A stretch of DNA of 56,796 nt from a virus. Lineage: Duplodnaviria > Caudoviricetes. Position 1 is the stretch's first letter. Each line of letters starts with the position of its first letter. Positions 1 to 10,246 of the stretch are shown in pieces. Location of the stretch: IMG/VR virus record IMGVR_UViG_3300022934_000023, positions 1-56,796 of that record; one strand, given 5' to 3'. Both the position numbers and the translations under genes were made by a program. The notes beneath the pieces were generated by a model. The model ran no database searches and was not told where the DNA came from. It was given only the letters and a program-made list of their open reading frames with translations.

Positions 1-135
1 GAGTCAGCAACGACATGTATTTTCGCGACCTAAATGAATGCGTGTGGTACGCACAAAAACTCCACAAACAAGGAAACGAGGTTACGGCGTACTGCCTACC
101 CAAACTGGTCGATAAAGATACGAAGGTGTACTGAG

Positions 136-567
136 ATGCTTGCTGAACTCGCTGCTGCCAATGCTGCATTCGCCGTAATCAAGACCGCTGTTCAGAACGG
201 CAAGGATATTGCTGCTGCCGGTAGCGCGATTGCAAGCTTCGTCGGGGCCAAAGAAGACCTACAGAAAAAGGCACAAAAGAAGGGCAACGGCTCCGACCTC
301 GAAGAGTTTATGGCCCTCGAACAGATTCGAGAGCAAGAAGAGCAGCTAAAGACTATCATGATTTACGCGGGTCGTCCGGGTTTGTGGGGCGACTGGCAAA
401 AGTTTCAGGCCAAAGCACGGGTTGCACGACGGGAAGCCGAAGAAGAAGCGGCCCGCAAGCGTAAGCAGATGTTAGACATAGCTATCGTCACATTGTTTTT
501 TGTCGTAGGTTTGGCGGTTCTTGGCTGTGTCGTTGCTCTCGCTCTCCACGCACAGGGACGCCTCTAG
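136..567 (+). CDS. Hypothetical coiled-coil protein with C-terminal transmembrane helix
   Basis: ATG 136 (MLAELAAANAAF) just after the upstream stop; hydrophobic C-terminus; second copy differs mostly synonymously. Confidence 0.8.
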   Translation: MLAELAAANAAFAVIKTAVQNGKDIAAAGSAIASFVGAKEDLQKKAQKKGNGSDLEEFMALEQIREQEEQLKTIMIYAGRPGLWGDWQKFQAKARVARREAEEEAARKRKQMLDIAIVTLFFVVGLAVLGCVVALALHAQGRL

Positions 568-575
568 TTTTTTTC

Positions 576-604
576 TTGTAAACTCTAGGTAACTGTGCTA
601 TAAT
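576..604 (+). promoter_or_regulatory. sigma70-type promoter
   Basis: TTGTAA-17 bp-TATAAT with extended -10 TG; retained in the second copy at 56586-56614. Confidence 0.75.
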
Positions 605-626
605 AGGGTTATTTACGGAGAGTCGC

Positions 627-848
627 ATGGACCGCATGATAATCGAAGCCCTCAAGCACAAGTACGAATCTCTCAAGGTGTCTGCACGGGAGACGTTCAA
701 AACCTCCGACATCATGGAAGATATCGATGATGCCCTGCACAAGTGGTCCGTAGCAGACCGCAAGTTACAAGAGATACAACTCATAGAGTGGGAACTCGAA
801 GATTATGGCGAAGAAGAAGAGCCAACGCTCTTTGACAGCGTGGACTAA
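627..848 (+). CDS. Small acidic hypothetical protein
   Basis: GGAG RBS; diverged homologous partial copy at 56637. Confidence 0.75.
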   Translation: MDRMIIEALKHKYESLKVSARETFKTSDIMEDIDDALHKWSVADRKLQEIQLIEWELEDYGEEEEPTLFDSVD

Positions 849-1065
849 GCAAAAGTGGCGCACACGCAGTGGCAAGCCGTCCACACAGGGTCCAAAAGCA
901 ACCGGGGAGCGATATCTACCGGAAAAGGCCATTAAGGCACTCTCCGCGAAAGAATACGCTGCTACGACTCGCGCAAAGCGTAAAGCCACGAAGGCCGGTA
1001 AACAGGTTTCGAAGCAGCCCAAGAAGATAGCGAAGAAGACTCGCTCGTACAGGAAGGTACGCTGA
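805..1065 (+). CDS. Small Lys/Arg-rich protein
   Basis: W.KQKW and GERYLP motifs recalled from small basic phage proteins; coupled to next gene. Confidence 0.75.
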   Translation: MAKKKSQRSLTAWTKQKWRTRSGKPSTQGPKATGERYLPEKAIKALSAKEYAATTRAKRKATKAGKQVSKQPKKIAKKTRSYRKVR

Positions 1066-1427
1066 TGCCTATAGTTGATCGCGCTTCTAAATACTATACG
1101 GAATCTGTTTCGCTAACAACAACTGCGGATACGGATGTTTACACGGTACCCGCGAACTTTTCTTCTCACGTCGAACATTTCTTTATTAGCAACAACAACA
1201 GCAGTAACGTAAGCTATACACTGAAGTTTTATCACTCTGATGATGATACAACCCATACTATTCTCGATACCCACGCTGTTGCAGGAAAAGGTATGGAATC
1301 CGTATTTACTGTGGATAAGCCGTTGTATCTTCACACGGGCGACAAGCTAATTGTGGCAGCAGGAACTGCTAATGAATTAGTTGCTACGGTAAGCGTCGAA
1401 GAGTTTTTCGACCCAAACAAGACATAA
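1065..1427 (+). CDS. Putative virion structural protein (beta-rich)
   Basis: Thr/Val-rich, YTVPA motif, start of tail-fibre operon. Confidence 0.65.
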   Translation: MPIVDRASKYYTESVSLTTTADTDVYTVPANFSSHVEHFFISNNNSSNVSYTLKFYHSDDDTTHTILDTHAVAGKGMESVFTVDKPLYLHTGDKLIVAAGTANELVATVSVEEFFDPNKT

Positions 1428-1438
1428 GGGAGTAAACT

Positions 1439-1843
1439 ATGTCTGCAAAATCTAACTACTTGGAGAAGGCGGTCTTGGACCACGTGTTAGGTACGTCGGC
1501 AATGACTTCCCCGACTGTCTATCTTTCACTCTACACGACCAACCCTGCAGAAGACGACAGCGGCACGGAGCTTTCTGGCAACGGATACGCTCGTCAGGCT
1601 GTGTCGTTTAACGCTGCTTCTAGTGGCGCGGGTTCTGCGACAGGCCCGACAGTTGCAAAAGACTTTACAGCATCGGGGGGTAACTGGGGAACCGTAACCC
1701 ACTTCGGGTTGCACGATGGTTCAACTGCGGGCGGGTCTCCTGATAATCTACTTTATTACGGCGAACTATCAGAAGACAAGCTTATTGAGGACGGCGACAC
1801 CCTTCGTTTTGCCGCAGATAGCATCACTATTACTGAGGCTTAA
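1439..1843 (+). CDS. Tail-fibre-associated structural protein
   Basis: SNYLE..LDH, E.SG.GYARQ and WGTVTHFG motifs; GGGGAG RBS. Confidence 0.7.
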   Translation: MSAKSNYLEKAVLDHVLGTSAMTSPTVYLSLYTTNPAEDDSGTELSGNGYARQAVSFNAASSGAGSATGPTVAKDFTASGGNWGTVTHFGLHDGSTAGGSPDNLLYYGELSEDKLIEDGDTLRFAADSITITEA

Positions 1844-1846
1844 ACT

Positions 1847-3631
1847 GTGGCCCTCGTTGTTGCTGATCGCGTAAAAGAAACGACTACGACCACCGGAACT
1901 GGCACGTACACACTTGCTGGTGCCGAGACTGGGTTCGAGTCGTTTTCTGCTGTCGGGGATGGCAATACGACGTACTACTGTTGTACGGACGGCACGGACT
2001 TTGAGGTGGGCATCGGTACGTACACCGCTTCGGGTACGACCCTTGCGCGTACGACAATCTTACAGTCGAGCAACAGCGATGCGGCAGTCAATTGGTCGGC
2101 AGGTTCGCGGGACATTTTTGTCACGCAGCCAGCAGAGAAGGCGGTGTTCCTCGATGGGAGTGGGAACATCTCCATTCCCGGCACGATTGATGGCCGCGAC
2201 CTTGCTACAGATGGTACAAAACTCGACGGCATCGAGGCATCTGCTGATGTAACCGATACTGCCAACGTCACTGCTGCTGGCGCACTCATGGACAGTGAGG
2301 TTACTAACCTCGCACAGGTAAAGGCATTCGATTCATCTGACTACGCCACTGCGGCGCAGGGGTCTACCGCAGACTCCGCTATGCAGAATTTGTCTGACGA
2401 CACCACCCCGCAGCTTGGCGGAACTCTCGACGCACAGGGTAATAACATCACAGAAGTGGAACAAATCGGTGTGCGAGACCGTATTTTCCACGACGATGAT
2501 ACCAACACCTACTTGGAGTTTAACTCTACGGACCAGTTTCGGATCGTCACAGGCAACGTAAACAAGTTCCAATGTCTTCCTACAGAAGTCGTTTTCAACG
2601 AGAGTGGATATTCTTTTGTGAGCTTTCGCGTAGAAAGCGACAACAACACTCATATGATTTTTGTTGACGCGGGGAACAACCGTGTTGGCATTGCTAACAG
2701 CACCCCTGCCAGCGCACTTGATGTGACAGGAAGCATCACCGTATCTGGCACAGTTGATGGCCGTGATCTTGCTACTGACGGCACAAAACTCGACGGCATA
2801 GAGGCGTCCGCTGATGTAACCGACACCGCCAATGTCACCGCCGCTGGTGCGTTGATGGACAGTGAGGTGACAAACCTTGCTGACGTGAAGTCATTCGACC
2901 CCGCTGATTACGCTACTGCGGCGCAGGGAACTACTGCTGACTCTGCTATGCAGGATTTGGTTGACGACACCACCCCCCAGCTTGGAGGCGACCTCGACAC
3001 CAACGGAAACGACATTAACTTTCCAGATAGTGCAAACGCCACGTTTGGCGATGATGCCGACTTGGTTATGTTCCACTCTGGTACGGCGAGTGTAATCAGG
3101 GACACGGCGGCAACTGCTGCAAGACCTTTATACCTGCAAAGTAATGAAACTACGCACGGCGTAATTATCACTAAAGTAAACGCCACTGAAAAGATGGCGA
3201 GGTTCATTCCTGACGGCGCGTGTGAACTTTATCACAATGACAGTAAGAAGTTGGAGACAACCGCTACCGGCGTAACCGTCACCGGTCTTCTTTCCGCAAC
3301 CACCAAGTCCTTTGACATTCCCCACCCCACCCAAGACGGTATGCGTCTGCGCTACGGCTCTTTGGAGGGACCGGAGAACGGCGTCTATGTTCGTGGTAGA
3401 CTGACTGGCTCGTCCGTAATCGAACTACCAGAGTATTGGGCAGGGCTGGTTGATGAGGACAGCATCACCGTACAGCTTACCGCGATTGGCAAGTCGCAAG
3501 ACCTGTGGGTCGAAGAGGTGAGCTTGCAAGAAGTGAAGATTTGTTCACGAAACGTGGACTGTTTCTACATGGTCATGGCAGAGCGTATCGACGTTGCCAA
3601 GCTAGAGGTTGAATATGCGAATCAAGTTTGA
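1847..3631 (+). CDS. Tail fibre protein with internal duplication and chaperone-like C-terminus
   Basis: N-terminal DRVKETTTTTGTG, DTTPQLGG.LD motifs, C-terminal KSFDIPHP..LRYGSLEGPE domain. Confidence 0.8.
   Translation: MALVVADRVKETTTTTGTGTYTLAGAETGFESFSAVGDGNTTYYCCTDGTDFEVGIGTYTASGTTLARTTILQSSNSDAAVNWSAGSRDIFVTQPAEKAVFLDGSGNISIPGTIDGRDLATDGTKLDGIEASADVTDTANVTAAGALMDSEVTNLAQVKAFDSSDYATAAQGSTADSAMQNLSDDTTPQLGGTLDAQGNNITEVEQIGVRDRIFHDDDTNTYLEFNSTDQFRIVTGNVNKFQCLPTEVVFNESGYSFVSFRVESDNNTHMIFVDAGNNRVGIANSTPASALDVTGSITVSGTVDGRDLATDGTKLDGIEASADVTDTANVTAAGALMDSEVTNLADVKSFDPADYATAAQGTTADSAMQDLVDDTTPQLGGDLDTNGNDINFPDSANATFGDDADLVMFHSGTASVIRDTAATAARPLYLQSNETTHGVIITKVNATEKMARFIPDGACELYHNDSKKLETTATGVTVTGLLSATTKSFDIPHPTQDGMRLRYGSLEGPENGVYVRGRLTGSSVIELPEYWAGLVDEDSITVQLTAIGKSQDLWVEEVSLQEVKICSRNVDCFYMVMAERIDVAKLEVEYANQV
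2180..2998 (+). repeat. 252-bp intragenic direct repeat (2180-2431 and 2747-2998)
   Basis: 84-aa block GT.DGRDLATDGTKLDGIEASADVTD...DDTTPQLGG.LD present twice. Confidence 0.9.
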
Positions 3632-3776
3632 GATTGCGGCTGACGACACGCCTACCGTTCTGGACAGCGAGGCTGATGCAGAGACCGTTGAGGTTGAGCG
3701 TGACGGTGACAGGCTGATTGTTCATGTCGTAGCAGATATTCCACTGGAGCAAGACATTGGCGACGTACACGAGTAG
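3615..3776 (+). CDS. 53-aa acidic protein, possible fibre accessory (not on ORF track)
   Basis: MRIKFEIAADDTPTVLDSEAD...; GAGGT RBS; fills the gap and overlaps both neighbours. Confidence 0.65.
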   Translation: MRIKFEIAADDTPTVLDSEADAETVEVERDGDRLIVHVVADIPLEQDIGDVHE

Positions 3777-6228
3777 TCAAAGCGGCAACTTCAGCGCCTC
3801 TGCAACGTGGGGTGGCTCCGGTCCACCGGCTGACGGTGATGCGTTCAACGTATCGTCCGGCCATACAGTCACCATCGACAGCGGCATCACTCAGCCCACT
3901 AATGGCTACCATGACAGCTACGTCTATGGCGTCCTGAAAAACGATACATCTGCGAACACCGAGCTTCGCATGAACGGGCGGCTTTACATCAAGGGCGGTG
4001 GTCTGTTACACATCAATGACAATAATGGCGCATGTACCTTCGACATGAAGATTAAGGGTACTTCTGGTGAAGCCCACGGCCTCTGGCATGAGAATGAAGA
4101 TGAGGCCAGCCTTATCCTTGAGGGTGCGGACGGGATGCCATCTACAACACTGGCATCTGCCCCTACTGAAAATGCCACCAGCCTGTCGTTTACGGATGCG
4201 TCTGATTTCGCAGTCGGGGAATGGTTCGCGGTCTTTGACAACAGCACCGCGCAGACTAGCGGCACCAACAACGCAACGTCTATGCGGGATGAAGGCTTTG
4301 TCGTCCACGACATTTCCTCAAACACAGTCTACTTCCGTCATTTCGTGGGACCAGATGATGTTACGGTTTCGAGCTATTCTGGCTCAACCCTTACGGTGAG
4401 CAACGCCAAGAAGTTTCGTAAGGGTCAGTATGTCATTGTCGGCACGGGGTCTAACAGGACCACAGGTAAGATTACGGATATTAATTACGCCTTAAACGAA
4501 ATTACTTTGAGTGTTAGCATTACTGGTAACCCGACTGGCGCAACGGTCTACCTTACGGGTACGGAAAAGCCCCACGCATCCGGTGACAAGGTTCGCAAGG
4601 TTGCTACCGTGACCACCACAGCTAGTGGCACAGGCACGACAATTACTGTTGCTGACGCTACTCAGTTCTCGGCTGGCGACATCATTTGGATTGCATCACC
4701 GTGGGAAAGTGCAATTGCTTACTACAACGATTATTCATCTTACCTGCACACTGTATCGAGCGTAAGTGGCAATAGCATCACATTAAGTTCTGCCCCGCCT
4801 TACAGTGTTCTCAGTGGAGTTTACGTAACCCGCGTAAGCCGCAACATCACCATCGGCGGAGCGAGTACAGACGACCACGTCTTTTACTACTCTGAGAGCT
4901 ACACCTCGAACTACAACCGCATCAACATCCAGAAGGATGTCCACTTCAAAGACATCGGCAACACGTCGAACAATAACTATGGCGGCTGGACGTTGCGGGG
5001 GTACTTCAACTCTAAGGCGTCACTGAAAAGCGTGACGATGACCCAGACCGTCCCGGCCAACGACCAAGCGCCGTGGACAGAGGGTGTGACCGCTACCTTT
5101 CTACGGCAACGAGACCACAACGGACTGTGGCAGTGGTCAGTCCGGTATTCAAAGCTGCGCTGCTGTTTCGCACACAACGCCTATAATAACTATCACCCAT
5201 ACTGGCATGACGGAAACGGCGTCTATAACTGCATTTCATCTCGTAGCAGCAACCTCTGCTGCCGCGCTGAAGGACAGCGCAACAACAACGAGATTGCCTA
5301 CAACTACTTCAACAGGCAGTACTATGGACTGCGTGTCACTACTGGCGAGTATGAGGCTGGCTTCGGTATCCACCACAATATCCTCGATGCGTTCTCTCAC
5401 TATGCTTCTAATGTATCTTCAGGCGTAGGATATGGAATAGACGGCCTTTACTGTAACGACTTCAGAGGACCACGCTACGGTCACTACGCTGAAGGCGGCG
5501 CAACGCACCTCTATAGCCGCACACAGGAAGCCGTGTCAGGCGTTGTTGGTAACTCCGGTGTGGGCATCCACGGCGGTACTAACCAAGCCGGTTCTTCCTA
5601 CCAAGGCGCTAGGGAGCGTGGCACCAAAGGCTATCACAACGTCTCGACGCACTTAGAGTTCGACTTCGAGTTGGACCTAGTTGCTCAGTACGCATACGCC
5701 ACCCGCCGCGTTTGGGACGTAGACGAGCAAGCGTGGGCCGTCAGGAAACGTAACGTCAGTAATGGTCGCTTTGGCGCAACCGTCTACCTGCCGCCAAACT
5801 CCACACTGCGAGTAAGCCTAGACGTAAAGCTCGACGCGGCCCCTGCAAGCGAATACCCAAAGTTGCAGTTGCAGTCGAACTTAGGTCAGCAAAATGAGAA
5901 CCGTTTGCAGAACGCGACGATTGGCAACACGCGCTTTTCATCTGACCGCAACAACACAACCGCGACATCGGCATCGATCGGTGCTTATGAAACGCTGGAA
6001 GGAACTTATGCTGCACGTGATTACGGCTGCACAGTCAATATCTGCTGGGCGCAAAACACTTCAGCAGACGACTACGGTTTCTATCACAAAGACCCAATCA
6101 TTCGTATCGACACCCCATACGAGCAATACATGTGGGTCGCGAACTCTTCGCAAAACCTTAACTTTGTGCCGGATATTCGCAACTCGTTCACACAACAGAA
6201 GAAGCGTCTGGGAGGAAGGATTAAATAA
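3757..6228 (+). CDS. Tail spike / adhesin-like protein with probable beta-helix
   Basis: TTG start after GGAG; G8-like N-terminus (SGNFSASATWGG..P..GD...SGHTVT); Asn/Tyr/Gly-rich repeats. Confidence 0.65.
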   Translation: MATYTSSQSGNFSASATWGGSGPPADGDAFNVSSGHTVTIDSGITQPTNGYHDSYVYGVLKNDTSANTELRMNGRLYIKGGGLLHINDNNGACTFDMKIKGTSGEAHGLWHENEDEASLILEGADGMPSTTLASAPTENATSLSFTDASDFAVGEWFAVFDNSTAQTSGTNNATSMRDEGFVVHDISSNTVYFRHFVGPDDVTVSSYSGSTLTVSNAKKFRKGQYVIVGTGSNRTTGKITDINYALNEITLSVSITGNPTGATVYLTGTEKPHASGDKVRKVATVTTTASGTGTTITVADATQFSAGDIIWIASPWESAIAYYNDYSSYLHTVSSVSGNSITLSSAPPYSVLSGVYVTRVSRNITIGGASTDDHVFYYSESYTSNYNRINIQKDVHFKDIGNTSNNNYGGWTLRGYFNSKASLKSVTMTQTVPANDQAPWTEGVTATFLRQRDHNGLWQWSVRYSKLRCCFAHNAYNNYHPYWHDGNGVYNCISSRSSNLCCRAEGQRNNNEIAYNYFNRQYYGLRVTTGEYEAGFGIHHNILDAFSHYASNVSSGVGYGIDGLYCNDFRGPRYGHYAEGGATHLYSRTQEAVSGVVGNSGVGIHGGTNQAGSSYQGARERGTKGYHNVSTHLEFDFELDLVAQYAYATRRVWDVDEQAWAVRKRNVSNGRFGATVYLPPNSTLRVSLDVKLDAAPASEYPKLQLQSNLGQQNENRLQNATIGNTRFSSDRNNTTATSASIGAYETLEGTYAARDYGCTVNICWAQNTSADDYGFYHKDPIIRIDTPYEQYMWVANSSQNLNFVPDIRNSFTQQKKRLGGRIK

Positions 6229-8543
6229 TGTCTGATGATGTACTGATTACCCCTGCCAGTCGCAAGATTGAGTTCAAGGACAATTCCGGTAATGTTGACG
6301 GTAAAATCGAGTTGGACGCCAATGGCAACTTGAACATCACTTCACCGGGCGGTGACATTGGTCTTGGTGACGCTACTGCTGACGTGTACATCGGTGACGG
6401 CACCAACAACGTAGACATCGTGTTCGAGCAGAACGGTGAGATTCGGGGGTTGACGGGCCGTACTCTGACGTTGGGTCAGTCAGACAGTAATGTGACCATT
6501 ACGGCCCAGAACTTCACAGCCAACGGCCTTTCCTATCCGACATCTGACGGTACTAACGGTCAAGTCCTCACAACAGACGGCTCTGGTGGTCTTTCGTTCT
6601 CCACGATTTCTAGCAGCGGCGCGTATGACTTGAACGGGGGTAGGCTGACCCTCGACGCGGACGGTGACACTTATCTAGAAGCGGCGAGTGACGACTACCT
6701 CACTTTCAGTTTCCTAAATAATCAGAAATACTTTATGAACCAATCGATGTTTGGTCCGGTAACAGGTGTAACCAATGCCCAGTTAGGTAGCTCTAGCCAG
6801 TCTTGGTCATTTGGTTGGCTTACTAACCTTTACAGCACGACCGTAAACGCTACGACGTACAATATTCAAACTGGTGGCAATCTTATATTCGAGGGTTCAA
6901 CCAGCGATAACTTTGAAACCACGCTAACAGTCGCCGACCCAACAGCCGACCGCACGATTACCCTGCCCAACGCAACCGGAACGGTCCTCCTGACTGACGG
7001 TGACGGAAGTAATCTTACAGGCATTGAAGGGTTCGCGGAAGATAGCACAACCAAAAACCTAAGTGCTGGTACAGGAGCAAACGATGGCTCTCTAGCCAGC
7101 GCGACCAGTGCGGTTTATAATATTGCGATTGGTCAGGACGCTAACGGCGGCGACACAAACTATTCCCAAAAAACTGTAGCAATCGGCTACGAGGCTCTGA
7201 AGGTAAACACAGATAACTATGAAACGGCAGTAGGTCACCAAGCCTTGCTGGCGCGTAGCAGCACCTACTTGTTTCCGTGTGCAGCTTTTGGAAATCGTGC
7301 GGGTAGCAGGGTAACCTCTGGTTCAGCGAATACCTACTTAGGTCCATACAACTACGGCTGTACAACCGGCGAATATAATACTGCCGTTGGCTCTTTCAAT
7401 CATCAGGTTATGACCTCTGGAGAAGGGAACGCAGCCGTTGGATATTTTGCCGGTGCAGACATAACTACAGGAGACAACAATGTCACAATAGGTTATTTGA
7501 CTGGTCAGAATCTTACTACCAGCGACGACAATATCCTAATAGGTCGTGAGGCAGGTGAGGCGCTTACTGGCTTTGGTCAAGACGACAATATTGCGATTGG
7601 TGCCCAAGCTCTGCATAGCTCCACAAGCTCACAAAACAGTGTTGCCGTCGGACGTTTGGCACTAGGCGGGCTTGCCCCCGGCGATCACAACACGGGCATA
7701 GGCGATGCGGCTGGAAGTAGTTTAAGTAGTAGTTCCTCTTACAATACGTTTGTAGGATCAAGTGCTGGAGCTGTAATCACTACAGGTGCAAAAAACACCA
7801 TACTCGGTGGCTACAACGGCAACGAGGGTGGCCTCGACATCCGCACATCCAGCAACCGCATTGTCCTCAGTGATGGTGATGGTAATCCTCGTTTGCAAAT
7901 CAACGGTCAGGGGGATATGAAGTACCCCGGAAGCAATGCTGAAAGCATATTCACCAGTGACCACAGTGGTTCAGCAAGTGCTACCAACCGTCGGGGCATG
8001 AACGCATCTGGCGACCAGCTTATTATTCACTCCGGCAGTGGCACTGCGGATATTGACGCCATTAAACTTTACACAAGTCACGGCGGCGCTGTTGGATCAT
8101 CTTTCGCAAAGCTGGCCTTCCTTGTGCAAAGCGACGGTGATGTACAAAACAAAAACAATTCTTACGGTCAAATTTCTGACCAGAGACTAAAGCAAGACAT
8201 CGTTGATGCCGCCTCTCAATGGGATGACATCAAGGCCCTACAGGTTAAAAAGTTCCGTTTCATAGATGCAGTAACTAATCTTGGTTCTGACAATGTGCCT
8301 TTGCAGATTGGCGTAATTGCACAAGACCTTGAAGCCGCTAACATGAGCGGCCTTGTTGTTGAAAAACAGGATGTGATTGATGGTGTAGATCAAGGCACTA
8401 CCACAAAATCAGTCAAATACAGCGTCCTCTACATGAAAGCAGTCAAAGCATTGCAAGAGGCAATGGAACGCATTGAAACACTGGAGGCACAGGTCACCGA
8501 CCTGACCGCTCGTGTCACCGCCCTTGAAGGCGCAACGGAGTGA
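6228..8543 (+). CDS. Tail fibre with peptidase S74-type intramolecular chaperone
   Basis: N(T/I)A(V/I)G beta-roll repeats; SDQRLKQDI autocleavage motif, IGVIAQDL, terminal coiled coil. Confidence 0.85.
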   Translation: MSDDVLITPASRKIEFKDNSGNVDGKIELDANGNLNITSPGGDIGLGDATADVYIGDGTNNVDIVFEQNGEIRGLTGRTLTLGQSDSNVTITAQNFTANGLSYPTSDGTNGQVLTTDGSGGLSFSTISSSGAYDLNGGRLTLDADGDTYLEAASDDYLTFSFLNNQKYFMNQSMFGPVTGVTNAQLGSSSQSWSFGWLTNLYSTTVNATTYNIQTGGNLIFEGSTSDNFETTLTVADPTADRTITLPNATGTVLLTDGDGSNLTGIEGFAEDSTTKNLSAGTGANDGSLASATSAVYNIAIGQDANGGDTNYSQKTVAIGYEALKVNTDNYETAVGHQALLARSSTYLFPCAAFGNRAGSRVTSGSANTYLGPYNYGCTTGEYNTAVGSFNHQVMTSGEGNAAVGYFAGADITTGDNNVTIGYLTGQNLTTSDDNILIGREAGEALTGFGQDDNIAIGAQALHSSTSSQNSVAVGRLALGGLAPGDHNTGIGDAAGSSLSSSSSYNTFVGSSAGAVITTGAKNTILGGYNGNEGGLDIRTSSNRIVLSDGDGNPRLQINGQGDMKYPGSNAESIFTSDHSGSASATNRRGMNASGDQLIIHSGSGTADIDAIKLYTSHGGAVGSSFAKLAFLVQSDGDVQNKNNSYGQISDQRLKQDIVDAASQWDDIKALQVKKFRFIDAVTNLGSDNVPLQIGVIAQDLEAANMSGLVVEKQDVIDGVDQGTTTKSVKYSVLYMKAVKALQEAMERIETLEAQVTDLTARVTALEGATE

Positions 8544-8550
8544 TTTATTA

Positions 8551-8799
8551 ATGTCTAGGACTGACGAAGAAAAAGCAAACGATTACGCTGCCATGGGTGA
8601 CAGTGTTATGATGATCAATGCGATCATCGACGGCACTATAAATGCAGATCGTTCTTTAGAGGATCGTAAAGAGAGAGTCCGACGTAACGTCGATCATCTC
8701 TCTGCAATGGTAGCACTTACAGACTGGGGAGACGAGGACATGACCGCCGTAAACGCAGCTATAACAGCCGGTCAAACGTACAGAGGAAGCAGCGAGTAA
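8551..8799 (+). CDS. Putative tail-fibre assembly protein
   Basis: ATG 8551 directly after fibre gene; RNVDHL motif. Confidence 0.6.
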   Translation: MSRTDEEKANDYAAMGDSVMMINAIIDGTINADRSLEDRKERVRRNVDHLSAMVALTDWGDEDMTAVNAAITAGQTYRGSSE

Positions 8800-8801
8800 T
8801 C

Positions 8802-9851
8802 ATGTTTTTTGGTGCAGGTCCATTTGCAACCGCAGCGTTCTCATCGCTGTTCGCCGCCATCCAACAGGCGACTGCATCTGTATCCGGTTCTGCGTCTGCG
8901 ACGGCTACTCCAAGCACTGTTAACCTTGCATCTGCATCCGTATCAGGTTCGGGTTCTGTAAGTGCAACAGCACAGACTATCGCAACTGCAGGTGCCTCTG
9001 TAACTGCAAGCGGAACTTCTACAGCAACAGGTCGCGGACTCCTAGACGGCGACGTTCTGATAGGCGGCTCGGCTACTGTATCGACTCCTGAAGCAAGGCT
9101 AATTGCAGCCGCATCTGCTAGTGTTGCAGGATCGGCATCTACAACTGGCGCAGTATCATCGAGGCACGTAGGTGCTGCGTCTGTCTCCGGATCGGCAACT
9201 GTCTCGGCTGATGCAGCCACAATCCTGAATGTTGCTGCAGTCAGCATCTCTGGAAGCGCCTCTGCATCTGCCAGCCCGAAGGCACGAACACTAGCAGTAG
9301 GCAGCGTAAGCGGCAGTGCGACCACTGCAGGAACTGCACAGGCTGTTCTAGTAGGCGTTGCATCAGTACAGGGTGCAGCCACAGTCTCTGGAACAGCAGG
9401 AGCCTTGCTCGACGGAGAAGCAACAGTAACTGGCTCTGCATCTGTAGCAGCATCGCCGACTGTGTTTGCTACTGTATCCGCCACTGTCTCCGCATCCGGA
9501 AGCGTGGCTGGTTCGCCGAAGGTAGTTGCACAAGGAGTTTTCTCTGTCTCCGGTACGGCAACTACAGCGGGTGCCGCACAGACTATTGGCAGGGGCGCGG
9601 CATCCGTAGCGGGCACCACAACTGTAATTGCAGTTGGCTTCCGGTCCTTCCGCTTTGACGCAACCCTCTACGAACGAGATCGGGTTGCCTTCGTCGCCCA
9701 AGAACCCGCGCGAGAGGTCGCAGTCGGCAAGCCGACACAGCACGTTCTCTATGTAGTGCAGGACACGCAGCGTGTCGTACTTATCCCTGAAGATAAACCA
9801 CGAACGGTATCCATACCACAAGCCGTTCAAAGACTAGCAAAGGTAGCGTAA
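8802..9851 (+). CDS. Ala/Ser-rich repetitive structural protein
   Basis: MFFG..PFAT..FS N-terminus; about 19-aa ASVSGSAT repeats. Confidence 0.7.
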   Translation: MFFGAGPFATAAFSSLFAAIQQATASVSGSASATATPSTVNLASASVSGSGSVSATAQTIATAGASVTASGTSTATGRGLLDGDVLIGGSATVSTPEARLIAAASASVAGSASTTGAVSSRHVGAASVSGSATVSADAATILNVAAVSISGSASASASPKARTLAVGSVSGSATTAGTAQAVLVGVASVQGAATVSGTAGALLDGEATVTGSASVAASPTVFATVSATVSASGSVAGSPKVVAQGVFSVSGTATTAGAAQTIGRGAASVAGTTTVIAVGFRSFRFDATLYERDRVAFVAQEPAREVAVGKPTQHVLYVVQDTQRVVLIPEDKPRTVSIPQAVQRLAKVA

Positions 9852-9853
9852 CG

Positions 9854-10246
9854 ATGGCACTTCGTTGGCCCGACAAAGACCCAGATGAACAACTGGACTA
9901 CACTGTGGACTGGTCACGGTATCTCGACACGCTGACCATCTCGTCTGTTGAGTGGCGGTATGTTTTGACAAACGATCTAGGGGATAAAAGCAAGGGTGAA
10001 GAATCTGTTGCCCTGTCTACGTCCTCAAACTTGGACGCAACTGATGACGAGTCTAACCCGTCGGGGGGACTGATTGTTAACAGTCTTCCAAAAACAGATA
10101 CCACAGCTACCATTGTGTTGTCTGGGGGGGTTGCGAACAAAGACTATGTTCTTATCTGCGAAATAACAACCAGTACATCTTCAAAAACTAGCGCAGCAAT
10201 CGTTACAAAACGTACGGTTAACCTGCGGGTAAGGGAGCGTAACTGA
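9854..10246 (+). CDS. Fibre-tail adaptor-like protein
   Basis: WPDKDPDE.LDY..DW motif. Confidence 0.7.
   Translation: MALRWPDKDPDEQLDYTVDWSRYLDTLTISSVEWRYVLTNDLGDKSKGEESVALSTSSNLDATDDESNPSGGLIVNSLPKTDTTATIVLSGGVANKDYVLICEITTSTSSKTSAAIVTKRTVNLRVRERN

Larger units (their letters stand above)
1..786 (+). repeat. Imperfect terminal direct repeat, copy 1 (pairs with 56011-56796)
   Basis: Bases 1-127 identical to 56011-56137; beyond that colinear with many mostly synonymous substitutions. Confidence 0.95.

Noticed and set aside
2180-2998. Diversity-generating retroelement TR/VR pair
   Set aside because: Differences are mostly synonymous and not adenine-specific; no reverse transcriptase seen
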